DNA of 64,000 bases from positions 1-64,000 of the IMG/VR virus record IMGVR_UViG_3300050161_000042. The stretch is one strand, 5' to 3'. The translations under genes and the position numbers were made by a program. The notes beneath the pieces were generated by a model. That model made no database searches. It was given only the letters and a program-made list of their open reading frames with translations, and was not told where the DNA came from. Position 1 is the stretch's first letter. The number at the start of each line of letters is the position of its first letter. The stretch is from a virus. Its lineage: Duplodnaviria; Caudoviricetes. Shown in pieces: positions 33,850 to 42,982 of this stretch.

Positions 33850-34353
33850 ATGAGTTGGAAATTGAAAGTTGTTCCCGTAATAAGAACACTCGTAAGCGAT
33901 CTAGAATATGCCCAGTATGACGATGACAGAATTCTCATGAATTTTATGTTTGCGGCTAATTTTGTCTCTTTTGATGTTAAGAAGTGGAGTTATGAGATAG
34001 ATACCTCCGCTGTAGAAATTACTCCAGATCCATCCGATGACCAAAATTTTATTACATTATCATGTCTCAAATGTGCCTGTATGATGTTGAATAGTGAGCT
34101 TAAAACAAAGCTTGCTACAACGGGAAGAAAGGTAACCATGAAAGACGGTCCATCTGAAATAACTATGGACAGAAGCTCAGAGCTAGCTTCATTAAAAGAA
34201 TTCGCTAAAAGTGCTTGTGACAAATACGAAGAAGCCCTATTTCAGTTTAATGCCGGTAACTCAATTGGTATATCGATAACTGGACCACAAACATGGGGAG
34301 TAGCAGACACACAAGGTTCAACAACATACCCAGAAGAAAGAAATGTATTCTAA
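33850..34353 (+). CDS. head-tail adaptor-type protein (167 aa)
   Basis: Helical N-terminus and beta-hairpin KVTMKDGPSEITMD; inference from pattern and context. Confidence 0.55.
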   Translation: MSWKLKVVPVIRTLVSDLEYAQYDDDRILMNFMFAANFVSFDVKKWSYEIDTSAVEITPDPSDDQNFITLSCLKCACMMLNSELKTKLATTGRKVTMKDGPSEITMDRSSELASLKEFAKSACDKYEEALFQFNAGNSIGISITGPQTWGVADTQGSTTYPEERNVF

Positions 34354-34363
34354 GGAATAAAAA

Positions 34364-35299
34364 ATGCCAACACTAAGAACAAAAACACAACTGATTAACA
34401 AAGCAAATATTGACCTAGCGGATAATAATGCAGGTTCTATTTCTGCCCAAGATATTAGAGAAAACATTACTGACTTTTGTTACTCAACAAACCTTCTTGT
34501 TGGAAGTGGAGACCACGATGTAGAGTTTCCATTTGTTAACAACGTTAGGGCATCTAAGATTACCGGAAATGGTTTCTTTATTGCCGAGTCTGGGATTAAC
34601 TTTCCAAATAGCCCAGGTGCCGTAAATCAATACGAAGCTTATCCTGGTGCTGCAAATATAGAACACGATCAACTAAAGAATAGACACGTTAGCATTGATG
34701 CTCACAGACAGTATCTTGCGGTTAACGGAACAAGACCTATGGAAGAAAATCTTCCTATGGGTGCCAACTGGATTAATTCATCTGGGGCAAGTTTCGATAA
34801 CAGAGGTCTAAAGTTTGAATACACACCAAGCGGAGATAACATCAAAGTTGGTGCTGGAAGCCAATTTGTATTTTCAGATAACTCTAAGATGGCTAGTGCT
34901 AGAGGCATAGCCAAAGCTTGGATGATCTTTGATGGTAGCGGAACTGGTACATATGGTACTCCAGTTGTAAAAGCTTACCACAATATTGAATCAGTTCAAT
35001 ACTTAGATCCAGGTAAATACAAAGTGATATTACCATCTGGGGCAGTTAAGAATGCAAACTGCGTAGCTATTGGTACTTCTAACTCAAGAACAACAGCGGC
35101 AAGCCAAGAAGATTTTGATAGAAATACTGTTGGTATTACACAGAGAAGCATCGATGGTCAGGGTAGACTTAACCTAACATTCCTAGTTCTTAATGATGCT
35201 GGACAATATGTCGATGCTGAACTTAATGAACTGATTGTTTATGGAAATGACGCTGGCGAAGGTGCTCAAACATCTCCACTTATAATTCCTAAATCATAA
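34364..35299 (+). CDS. tail fibre protein (311 aa)
   Basis: N-terminus paralogous to 26841; C-terminal AKAWMIFDG...GKYKV fibre-tip motif. Confidence 0.7.
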   Translation: MPTLRTKTQLINKANIDLADNNAGSISAQDIRENITDFCYSTNLLVGSGDHDVEFPFVNNVRASKITGNGFFIAESGINFPNSPGAVNQYEAYPGAANIEHDQLKNRHVSIDAHRQYLAVNGTRPMEENLPMGANWINSSGASFDNRGLKFEYTPSGDNIKVGAGSQFVFSDNSKMASARGIAKAWMIFDGSGTGTYGTPVVKAYHNIESVQYLDPGKYKVILPSGAVKNANCVAIGTSNSRTTAASQEDFDRNTVGITQRSIDGQGRLNLTFLVLNDAGQYVDAELNELIVYGNDAGEGAQTSPLIIPKS

Positions 35300-35308
35300 G
35301 GTGATTAA

Positions 35309-35698
35309 ATGCCTAGTACACAAAAAACAGAAATTGGAACTAGGGCCGCTCAGAAACCAATCTACGTTAAGCAAGGTTCGGACTGGTTCGCAAAATTTAA
35401 GATTCAAAATCCAGACAAGACATTTGTTGATCTAACAGGTAGTTCTTTCTCTGGAAAAGTAAGAAGAAATAAACTTTCAAGCATTATAGAAGCTCAGTTT
35501 ACTTTTTCAGTAAATACAGGAACAAGAGAAGTTTCAGTTTCCTTGCCTAAAGAAGTAAGTGCAGCTATGAAGGCTGGCGAAAAAGAAACAGATATGCTTT
35601 CTAAGTATGTGTATGATTGGGAGTGGACTAAGCCAAATGGCGAAGTAGACAGATTTCAAGAAGGCTCTTTTATATTAAGTGCTGAGGTTACAAAATAA
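35309..35698 (+). CDS. BppU-N-like baseplate/fibre adaptor (129 aa)
   Basis: QGSDW...VDLTG...YVYDWE...EGSFILSAEVT. Confidence 0.65.
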   Translation: MPSTQKTEIGTRAAQKPIYVKQGSDWFAKFKIQNPDKTFVDLTGSSFSGKVRRNKLSSIIEAQFTFSVNTGTREVSVSLPKEVSAAMKAGEKETDMLSKYVYDWEWTKPNGEVDRFQEGSFILSAEVTK

Positions 35699-35976
35699 TG
35701 GATAGCTACAACATTATAGTGAATGATGCTCCTTCCTATAATATTGTGTTTAACCAACCGGAAGAACAGTACACAATAGTTTTAGAGAATGGACAAGGAG
35801 CAAATGGTGCCAAAGGAGACCAGGGCGATCAAGGAGAACAGGGAATACAAGGTATACCTGGACCTCCTGGTGAAATACAACTATCGAATACAACAACAAG
35901 TACATTAACTGGTTACATAATTGGTAATGGCTCAACAATATCAGCAGACCCAAGAATAGATGGGGGTAATTTTTAA
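35698..35976 (+). CDS. collagen-like fibre protein (92 aa)
   Basis: (Gly-X-Y)n GANGAKGDQGDQGEQGIQGIPGPPGE. Confidence 0.75.
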   Translation: MDSYNIIVNDAPSYNIVFNQPEEQYTIVLENGQGANGAKGDQGDQGEQGIQGIPGPPGEIQLSNTTTSTLTGYIIGNGSTISADPRIDGGNF

Positions 35977-35981
35977 ATATT

Positions 35982-37403
35982 ATGACAATAAGAATTAGAA
36001 GAAGAACTAGCGGTGGATCAGGTGCCCCATCGTCATTGGAAAATGCTGAGTTAGCATACAACGAAGTAGATAATATTCTTTACTACGGTAAGGGAACTGG
36101 TGGTGCTGGTGGTAGTGCTACTACTATCGAAGCTATTGCTGGTGCTGGTTTCGTTGTATCACTAACTGGTGCTCAATCGATTGATGGCGTTAAGACATTT
36201 ACATCTAGTCCAGTTGGACCAACACCTACTGGTGGTGATAGCTCTACAAAGTTAGCTACTACAGCGTTCGTTGCTGCTGCCGTTACTGCTGGAACAATTG
36301 CAGACGGTGATAAGGGTGATATTGTTGTCTCTGGTACTGGATCGATATTTACTATTGATACCAACGTAGTATCTAACACTAAGCTTGCCCAGATGGGTGC
36401 TAATACTCTTAAGGGTAATAATACTGGCTCTACAGCTAATGCTGCTGACTTAAGCGTTGCCCAAGTTAAGACAATGTTAGCATTAAACAATGTTGATAAT
36501 ACTTCAGATGCTACAAAGTTTACAAATACAGCTTTGACTGGTGTTCCAACAGCCGCTACTGCGGCTGCTGACACTAATACAACTCAAATTGCTACTACGG
36601 CATTTGTTATTGGACAAGCTTCTGCTTTAACTCCGGTTGTAAACGGAACTGCTGCTATTGGTACTTCTCTTAAATTTGCTAGAGCAGACCACGTTCACGG
36701 TACAGATACTACAAGAGCACCTCTTGCTAGCCCAACATTTACTGGTCTAGTAACTGCTCCTGCTGGTTCAACATCACAAGCTGGTGGTTTAAAGCTTACT
36801 TCTGGTGCCCTAAAGACTACACCAATTGCTGGTGATTCTGGAAGTTTGGAATACGCTGGTTCTACAATGAGCATTATTAATAGCTCTGGTACTAGAAAAG
36901 TATTTGCTTACACAGATGACGTATACTCTGGAACGTTAACAAGCGGTCAAATCACAACCGCCCTAACATTCACACCATACAATGCGACTAATCCTGCCGG
37001 TTATATCACTTCATCGGCCTTAAGTACATATGCTCCTTTAGCAAGCCCTGCATTAACTGGTACTCCAACAGCACCAAACGTTACTGATGGTGATAGCTCA
37101 ACTAAAATTGCTAATACTGCATTCGTATCAACAGCCGTAGCTAACTTAGTTGCTTCTGCTCCTGGTACGCTTGATACTCTTAATGAACTAGCTTTAGCTT
37201 TAGGAAATGACCCTAACTTTGCTACAACACTTACTACATCATTAAGCGGTAAAGCTGACTTAGTTCTATCTAATCTTAGCAATACTGGTACTGCCAGAAC
37301 TAACTTAGGTCTAGGTTCTATTGCTACACAAAATGCTAATGCCGTTGCTTTAACTGGTGGAACTATAAGTGCCGCTGTTGTTATTGACGGAGGTACGTTC
37401 TAG
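35982..37403 (+). CDS. tail fibre protein (473 aa)
   Basis: Mtd-N/hyaluronidase-like N-terminus (IRIRRR...ELAYNE) and APGTLDTLNELA.ALGNDPNF fibre motif. Confidence 0.8.
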   Translation: MTIRIRRRTSGGSGAPSSLENAELAYNEVDNILYYGKGTGGAGGSATTIEAIAGAGFVVSLTGAQSIDGVKTFTSSPVGPTPTGGDSSTKLATTAFVAAAVTAGTIADGDKGDIVVSGTGSIFTIDTNVVSNTKLAQMGANTLKGNNTGSTANAADLSVAQVKTMLALNNVDNTSDATKFTNTALTGVPTAATAAADTNTTQIATTAFVIGQASALTPVVNGTAAIGTSLKFARADHVHGTDTTRAPLASPTFTGLVTAPAGSTSQAGGLKLTSGALKTTPIAGDSGSLEYAGSTMSIINSSGTRKVFAYTDDVYSGTLTSGQITTALTFTPYNATNPAGYITSSALSTYAPLASPALTGTPTAPNVTDGDSSTKIANTAFVSTAVANLVASAPGTLDTLNELALALGNDPNFATTLTTSLSGKADLVLSNLSNTGTARTNLGLGSIATQNANAVALTGGTISAAVVIDGGTF

Positions 37404-37837
37404 TGCCTATCCAGATTCTAAGATCTTCTACTACTGGTGTTGTTCCTAATCCCTCTACTTTAGTAGTAGGGGAATTGGCGGTTAATACTGCTGATGCTAA
37501 GCTATGGACAAAACACACAAATGGAGCATTAGTAGACCTCACAGCAGGAGGTGGTGGTGGAACCACTGTATATTCGACTACAATAGAGGTAGACTTTGGT
37601 ACAGAAGAAGGTGGAGTTGCATCAGTAAGCGTTTCAGCTACATGGGCAACTTCAACATCAAAAATTACAATAACACCATCTGGAATAGCTACAACAGATC
37701 ATGATCCAGAAGATTATGCCCTAGAGGGTATTTTTGCTATTCCTATAGATATAGTTGATGGTGTTGGTTTTACATTATTAGCAGGATGTAGAGAATCAAC
37801 ATTCGGCAAATACAAATTTAATATATTAGGAGTTTAA
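37403..37837 (+). CDS. short fibre-associated protein (144 aa)
   Basis: IQILRSST...P...L..GELAVNTAD.KLW N-terminal motif. Confidence 0.7.
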   Translation: MPIQILRSSTTGVVPNPSTLVVGELAVNTADAKLWTKHTNGALVDLTAGGGGGTTVYSTTIEVDFGTEEGGVASVSVSATWATSTSKITITPSGIATTDHDPEDYALEGIFAIPIDIVDGVGFTLLAGCRESTFGKYKFNILGV

Positions 37838-37841
37838 AAGG

Positions 37842-39257
37842 ATGTCAGTTATAATTAAGAGCGGTGCAAGTAGTGATGTTTTAACAGTTGATCCTACAAG
37901 CAAGGCAGCTAGAGTTACACTTTATGATGCACAGGGTAATCCATTAACATATGCAGACGGTGATTCGCCAACAATCGCAAGAGGTATCTTACATCTTGGA
38001 GTAAATGATAAAAACGTTTTAGCTGCAAGAATGGATAGACTTGGAAATACAGGTACAACACTTCACACTTTGTTACTAAGTGAATCTTTTGAAGCAACTA
38101 CTACAAATCCACAAAGATGGCTTATTACAAATTCCACTATGGCAGCAACTCAAGCTACTATTAGCGGATTTTTATTCAATTCTGCTGCAATAACAACTAT
38201 CAATAGCGGTTATAGCTTAAAGTCTACTATGCTTTTTGCCAAGATGCAAAAAACCCCATTACAGATGAAGTTTAGGGCGAGATTAGCTCATCAAAATAAT
38301 TCAGTAATTGAAATTGGTTTTGGTGATGCTTCTACATTTAATGGTGCCAATACAACTGGTGCTTATTGGCAGGTTACTTCATCTGGAGTTTTGCAGCCTG
38401 TTGTAACATTTAACGGTGTAGATCAAACCGGAACTCCAGTAACTTTCTCTACAACAAACTATTATACTTTTGACGTTATAGTTGATGATAATTCTGCTAC
38501 ATTTATATGCCAAGATACAAGTACTGGAAATTTAGTATCTAAACAAACAATAAATTTAGCATTAAGTGGACAAAGATTATTTAGTGCTACTCAGTTAGGG
38601 ATAATTGCTAGATTATATAATACAGCGGTTGCTCCTGCGACTGCTCCTCAATTAATGCTAACAGACGTATATGTTTTAGCTTTAGATAACGCAGAAACAA
38701 AACCTTGGCCTATTGTTAATGCGTGTAATCAAAAAGGAACTCCAACTCATCCGTTCACTGGTGCTCAATTAACTAACTTTGCTAACTCTACCTCTCCTGC
38801 TTCCGCGACATTATCTAATACAGCCGCTGGTTATACTACTCTTGGTGGATTATGGCAATTTGCTGCTGTTGCTGGTGCTGTGACTGATTATGCTCTATTT
38901 GGATTTACAGTTCCTTTAAATTCTAATTTTGTAATTACTGGTATTGATATTGAAGCATGGAATACGGTTGTAGCTGTTGCTACTACTCCCACTCTATTGA
39001 TGTGGGGTCTTGCTGTTGGTTCTACTGCTGTTTCACTAGCTACCGTTACTGTAAATAGAATAGCTTTAGGGTCTCAAAGCTTTCCAATTGGTGCTGTTCC
39101 TGGTGCTAATGCTCAAAGAATTTCAAAACAGTTTACAACACCTTTGGTTTGTCCATCCGGTAGATTCGTACATGTTATTCTAAGAATGCCAGTAGCTACT
39201 GCTACCGCTACTGAAATATTTCAAGGTCTAGTTAATATTGAAGGATACTTCGAATAA
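37842..39257 (+). CDS. tail-associated beta-sandwich/lectin-like protein (471 aa)
   Basis: Thr/Ala-rich beta composition within the fibre cluster. Confidence 0.65.
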   Translation: MSVIIKSGASSDVLTVDPTSKAARVTLYDAQGNPLTYADGDSPTIARGILHLGVNDKNVLAARMDRLGNTGTTLHTLLLSESFEATTTNPQRWLITNSTMAATQATISGFLFNSAAITTINSGYSLKSTMLFAKMQKTPLQMKFRARLAHQNNSVIEIGFGDASTFNGANTTGAYWQVTSSGVLQPVVTFNGVDQTGTPVTFSTTNYYTFDVIVDDNSATFICQDTSTGNLVSKQTINLALSGQRLFSATQLGIIARLYNTAVAPATAPQLMLTDVYVLALDNAETKPWPIVNACNQKGTPTHPFTGAQLTNFANSTSPASATLSNTAAGYTTLGGLWQFAAVAGAVTDYALFGFTVPLNSNFVITGIDIEAWNTVVAVATTPTLLMWGLAVGSTAVSLATVTVNRIALGSQSFPIGAVPGANAQRISKQFTTPLVCPSGRFVHVILRMPVATATATEIFQGLVNIEGYFE

Positions 39258-39267
39258 GGAGATAAGA

Positions 39268-39597
39268 ATGTTTGATATACATAATTTAGAATCAGAAAAT
39301 GAAGCAAATAGAATTTTGAGAACAGGAAATGAAATGTTCAAATATTTGCTTGATTTTCATAAAGAACAAAAAAATAGTTTTTGGTTAAATAACGGTATAT
39401 CAAGAAGTAAAGAAGAATTACAAGCAATTTGTAATGTTATGGACTCAGTGAGGACTGGTCAGTCGGCAGAAGCATTTAATTTTGGTGCAATGATTCTTAG
39501 TATTCTTTTAACAATAGATCCAGCCTGTTTACAACCAGAAGAATATACATCTCCTTATCCCTTTACTATTGTAAACGGTTGTGTGTTATTTACATAA
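39268..39597 (+). CDS. hypothetical protein (109 aa)
   Basis: AAGGAG RBS before ATG 39268. Confidence 0.7.
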   Translation: MFDIHNLESENEANRILRTGNEMFKYLLDFHKEQKNSFWLNNGISRSKEELQAICNVMDSVRTGQSAEAFNFGAMILSILLTIDPACLQPEEYTSPYPFTIVNGCVLFT

Positions 39598-39619
39598 AGC
39601 TTAATTAAGAGTAATCCTA

Positions 39620-41776
39620 ATGTTTAAAATCAACGATAGAATAAAAGAAAAAACATACAGTGTTGGTTCTGGGAATTTAGACTTCTCAGGGCCGACTCCT
39701 GCATATAGTGCATTCTCTTCTGTTTATAACAGTGGAGATACCTTCTTCTATTGTATTACGAATGACGTTGATTACGAAATTGGTATGGGTAGATATAGCC
39801 CCAACAGATTAGAAAGAACTCAGGTATTTAAGTCTAGTAAACCATCAAACGCCATAGTAAATTGGCCTGTTGGTTTAAAAGAAGTTTATGTGACATATCC
39901 TGCTGAAAATTCTGTTTATCAAGTTAATAATATTGATTCTCAGAATGCACCACTATCTAAGAACTTTACATACTGGTCTAGTGCAAACTCGGTTTCGGAC
40001 GTTGAAGGTTTAAGCTTTGATAGCGGTAGAGTTGTTTCTTCCCTAGAGTTTTCTTTCTCTAATGTAATCAGATTTAGTGGATATGCCCTAACTCAAAACT
40101 CTCCATTTCAAAAAGATGAGCTTATTACATCTACCTTGATCGATGAAGTTATCTATCAGTCTGGTGAAGTAAATCAATATAAAGGATTTAAGAAACAAAG
40201 ATCAGGTACGGTTCTAGCTGGACCTTTAGATAATTGTGGTTCTGGAACATGCCCTAGTGGCTATCCAATGTTCAGACCTTTATCGGAAGAAGATATTCCT
40301 GTATTAGATGCAGAGAATATATCCTATACTCCAGCAAATCCTGGTAACTGGTCTTCTGTTCCTACCAACGTAGAAGTTGCCCTAGACCTATTAGCTTTAG
40401 GTGGAAGCGGAAGTGGCCCTACTAGTATAAACTGGACTAACATAACAAATAAGCCCTTAACTTTTAATCCTACTTTACCAATTCCTGCAACTGGTATTAC
40501 TGGACTTGGTGCCCTACTTACATTAGGCGAAACATCAACTACAGCATATAGGGGAGACAGAGGTAAGATAGCTTACGATCACTCGCAAACTTCGGGTAAT
40601 CCTCATAATCTTGTTAAAGCAGACATAGGGCTTTCTAATGTAGATAATACAACAGACCTTAACAAGCCTATTTCTACGCTGACACAGACTGCATTAAACG
40701 GCAAATCTAACGTTGGACACACGCACACGTTTTCAGAAGTCTCTGGCAGTATTCCAGCACATACGCATACATTCTCAGATATTACGGGTAACATTCCTAT
40801 ATCTAAGTTTAATGCTGGAAGTGGTGCTAGTATAACTTCAGTATGGAGAGGTGATGGTACTTGGGCTGAATTTGACTTTAATCCAACTCTAAATAATTTA
40901 GGATATGGAATGATAGTTGGAAGAGAAAACACGACAAGCCCTGGAACAGGAAGCCTTTCTAACGTAGCTATTATTGGTAGAAATAACGCTTTCACAAGAG
41001 ATGGTTCGGTTACAAGTTCTTGCTCTAATATTTTTGGTTCTGGTAATCAACATATATTGGCATCAACTTCCTATTCATCTGGTAAAAATACATTAGTTGG
41101 AAACAACAATTATTCATATGGAAACAATCAAATATTTGGAAGTGACAATAGTGTAACTGGTGTTGGAAATACATCAATTGGGCAAAATGTCTCTATATCG
41201 GCAGACGCTGGTATTCCTTATGCTAATAGCAATACAGTTGTCGGAAATAGTATAACTCATGTTGGTCAAGGTTGCTCTATATTTGGAAATTCAATTAATG
41301 CTAATACAAGTTTAGGTACATATGGAAGTTTACTTACTGGTCAATATAATCTACAAGCTGTAATATTTGGACAAAATTGTACATTAAGTGCTGAGGAAAT
41401 AGCTCCAACAGGAAGTCCATTTGGATTGTCATTTTTTGGAGAACCATCAGTGCTAATTGGTCATGGTATAAATCACCAGTATAGTAGTATAATTGAAATA
41501 GGAAATATGACAGATGTTACAGAAAAGGCAGTAATAAGAATTGGATATGGTGGATGGAAACAAGTCTCTTCTCAGTGGAATAGAACAAAACCCTTTGCTA
41601 TGTTTCCAATATCAGATTTAGGTACTATACTTTCTAGTTCAAATATACATTCAAGTGTCCCAACAGAAAATATACCAAGCGGAATGATGACATTCAGAAG
41701 ATCTGGGGCTTCCATTTTCATAGACATAAACATAAGCGGAACAACAAAAACGCTATCTCTCGGAACAGCGACATAG
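39620..41776 (+). CDS. tail fibre protein (718 aa)
   Basis: N-terminus paralogous to 42156; GLSNVDNTTDLNKPIS, HTHT motifs and Gly-Asn beta-roll repeats. Confidence 0.75.
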   Translation: MFKINDRIKEKTYSVGSGNLDFSGPTPAYSAFSSVYNSGDTFFYCITNDVDYEIGMGRYSPNRLERTQVFKSSKPSNAIVNWPVGLKEVYVTYPAENSVYQVNNIDSQNAPLSKNFTYWSSANSVSDVEGLSFDSGRVVSSLEFSFSNVIRFSGYALTQNSPFQKDELITSTLIDEVIYQSGEVNQYKGFKKQRSGTVLAGPLDNCGSGTCPSGYPMFRPLSEEDIPVLDAENISYTPANPGNWSSVPTNVEVALDLLALGGSGSGPTSINWTNITNKPLTFNPTLPIPATGITGLGALLTLGETSTTAYRGDRGKIAYDHSQTSGNPHNLVKADIGLSNVDNTTDLNKPISTLTQTALNGKSNVGHTHTFSEVSGSIPAHTHTFSDITGNIPISKFNAGSGASITSVWRGDGTWAEFDFNPTLNNLGYGMIVGRENTTSPGTGSLSNVAIIGRNNAFTRDGSVTSSCSNIFGSGNQHILASTSYSSGKNTLVGNNNYSYGNNQIFGSDNSVTGVGNTSIGQNVSISADAGIPYANSNTVVGNSITHVGQGCSIFGNSINANTSLGTYGSLLTGQYNLQAVIFGQNCTLSAEEIAPTGSPFGLSFFGEPSVLIGHGINHQYSSIIEIGNMTDVTEKAVIRIGYGGWKQVSSQWNRTKPFAMFPISDLGTILSSSNIHSSVPTENIPSGMMTFRRSGASIFIDINISGTTKTLSLGTAT

Positions 41777-41783
41777 CAATATA

Positions 41784-41792
41784 GTGTATAAT
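41784..41792 (+). promoter_or_regulatory. late promoter motif GTGTATAAT
   Basis: Intergenic before ATG 41825. Confidence 0.65.
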
Positions 41793-41824
41793 TTATTGAA
41801 GATTTAATTCAAAAGGAACAAAAA

Positions 41825-42133
41825 ATGGCAGTAGAACAAAAAACAGTAACGTTGCAATTTCCACTAGAATATTGGAAAAATGTGACAGAAGCTTTTGCAG
41901 AAAGCCCATATGTAAACATCATGGTCCCAAGACCAATGGTAGAGATGGGGCAAGACCCTAAACCAGTAGACAAAGAAGAAATAACAATTGATTCAATTCT
42001 GGACTTCATTAGGGTAAAAACCAAAGAATACGTGAAAAGAAAAAGAACAGAAGAATTGTTAAGAGAACTAGAAGCTGATACAGAATTAGAGTCTAACCAG
42101 AATACAAATGCCGTACAAGTAAAAACAGTTTAA
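41825..42133 (+). CDS. hypothetical protein (102 aa)
   Basis: ORF track; AAAGGA RBS. Confidence 0.7.
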   Translation: MAVEQKTVTLQFPLEYWKNVTEAFAESPYVNIMVPRPMVEMGQDPKPVDKEEITIDSILDFIRVKTKEYVKRKRTEELLRELEADTELESNQNTNAVQVKTV

Positions 42134-42155
42134 AAGTTAAATATGGAGGTATTCT

Positions 42156-42971
42156 GTGTTTAAGATACATAACAGAGTAAAAGAAAAGACCTCTACTATC
42201 GGAACTGGACCATTATCACTCTTCGGCTCAAGCCCTGGGTTTATTACCTTTTCCTCGTTTTACGACGATAACGATCAGCTTTTTTATTGTACAATTAATG
42301 GGTTTGATTTTGAAATTGGTGTAGGTACTTACTTTAATAACTCAATTACAAGAAATAGAGTACTTAGTAGCTCGAATGCTAATCAGTTAGTGCATTGGCC
42401 TCCTGGCGACAAAGAAATTTATGTCACATATCCAGCAGAAAATGCTGTATACCAACCAGAGGGGATTAATAGTGCGACTGCACCAGAACCAGAAGCATTA
42501 GCTTACTGGATAGACAAAAATACCATATCAAGTATTGCCCACACATACTATCGTGATAACACAATTGTATCAGAGGCAGATTTTAACATAGGTGTTCTTA
42601 CTAACAAGTTTGAACATATAGACCCAGTTACAGCTAACATACCAGTTGGTTCTGCTAGACTGATTAAGGGTTTAGACGGAAAGATTCAAGTTTGGGTTAA
42701 TGACAATGGCAACATAAGACCTATGGACGGTGGTTCTGGGTCTGTCTCATTTAATCTAATATTTAACGAGACACCAACTGGCGTAATGAATGGTGTAAAC
42801 AGAACTTTTAATTCAGCTTTTAACTTTGCGAGTGCTACGCTGTCTGTTCATTTGAACGGTCTAAGACAAAGACTTACATCTGACTACCAAATAGTAAATA
42901 GCAACACAATTATGTTAAACGTTGCCCCAAGTTCAACAGAAAATTTATCAATCGATTATCAAAAATTATAG
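42156..42971 (+). CDS. tail-associated protein (271 aa)
   Basis: GGAGG RBS before GTG; N-terminus like 39620, C-terminus like that of 42983. Confidence 0.75.
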   Translation: MFKIHNRVKEKTSTIGTGPLSLFGSSPGFITFSSFYDDNDQLFYCTINGFDFEIGVGTYFNNSITRNRVLSSSNANQLVHWPPGDKEIYVTYPAENAVYQPEGINSATAPEPEALAYWIDKNTISSIAHTYYRDNTIVSEADFNIGVLTNKFEHIDPVTANIPVGSARLIKGLDGKIQVWVNDNGNIRPMDGGSGSVSFNLIFNETPTGVMNGVNRTFNSAFNFASATLSVHLNGLRQRLTSDYQIVNSNTIMLNVAPSSTENLSIDYQKL

Positions 42972-42982
42972 AGAATTAAAAA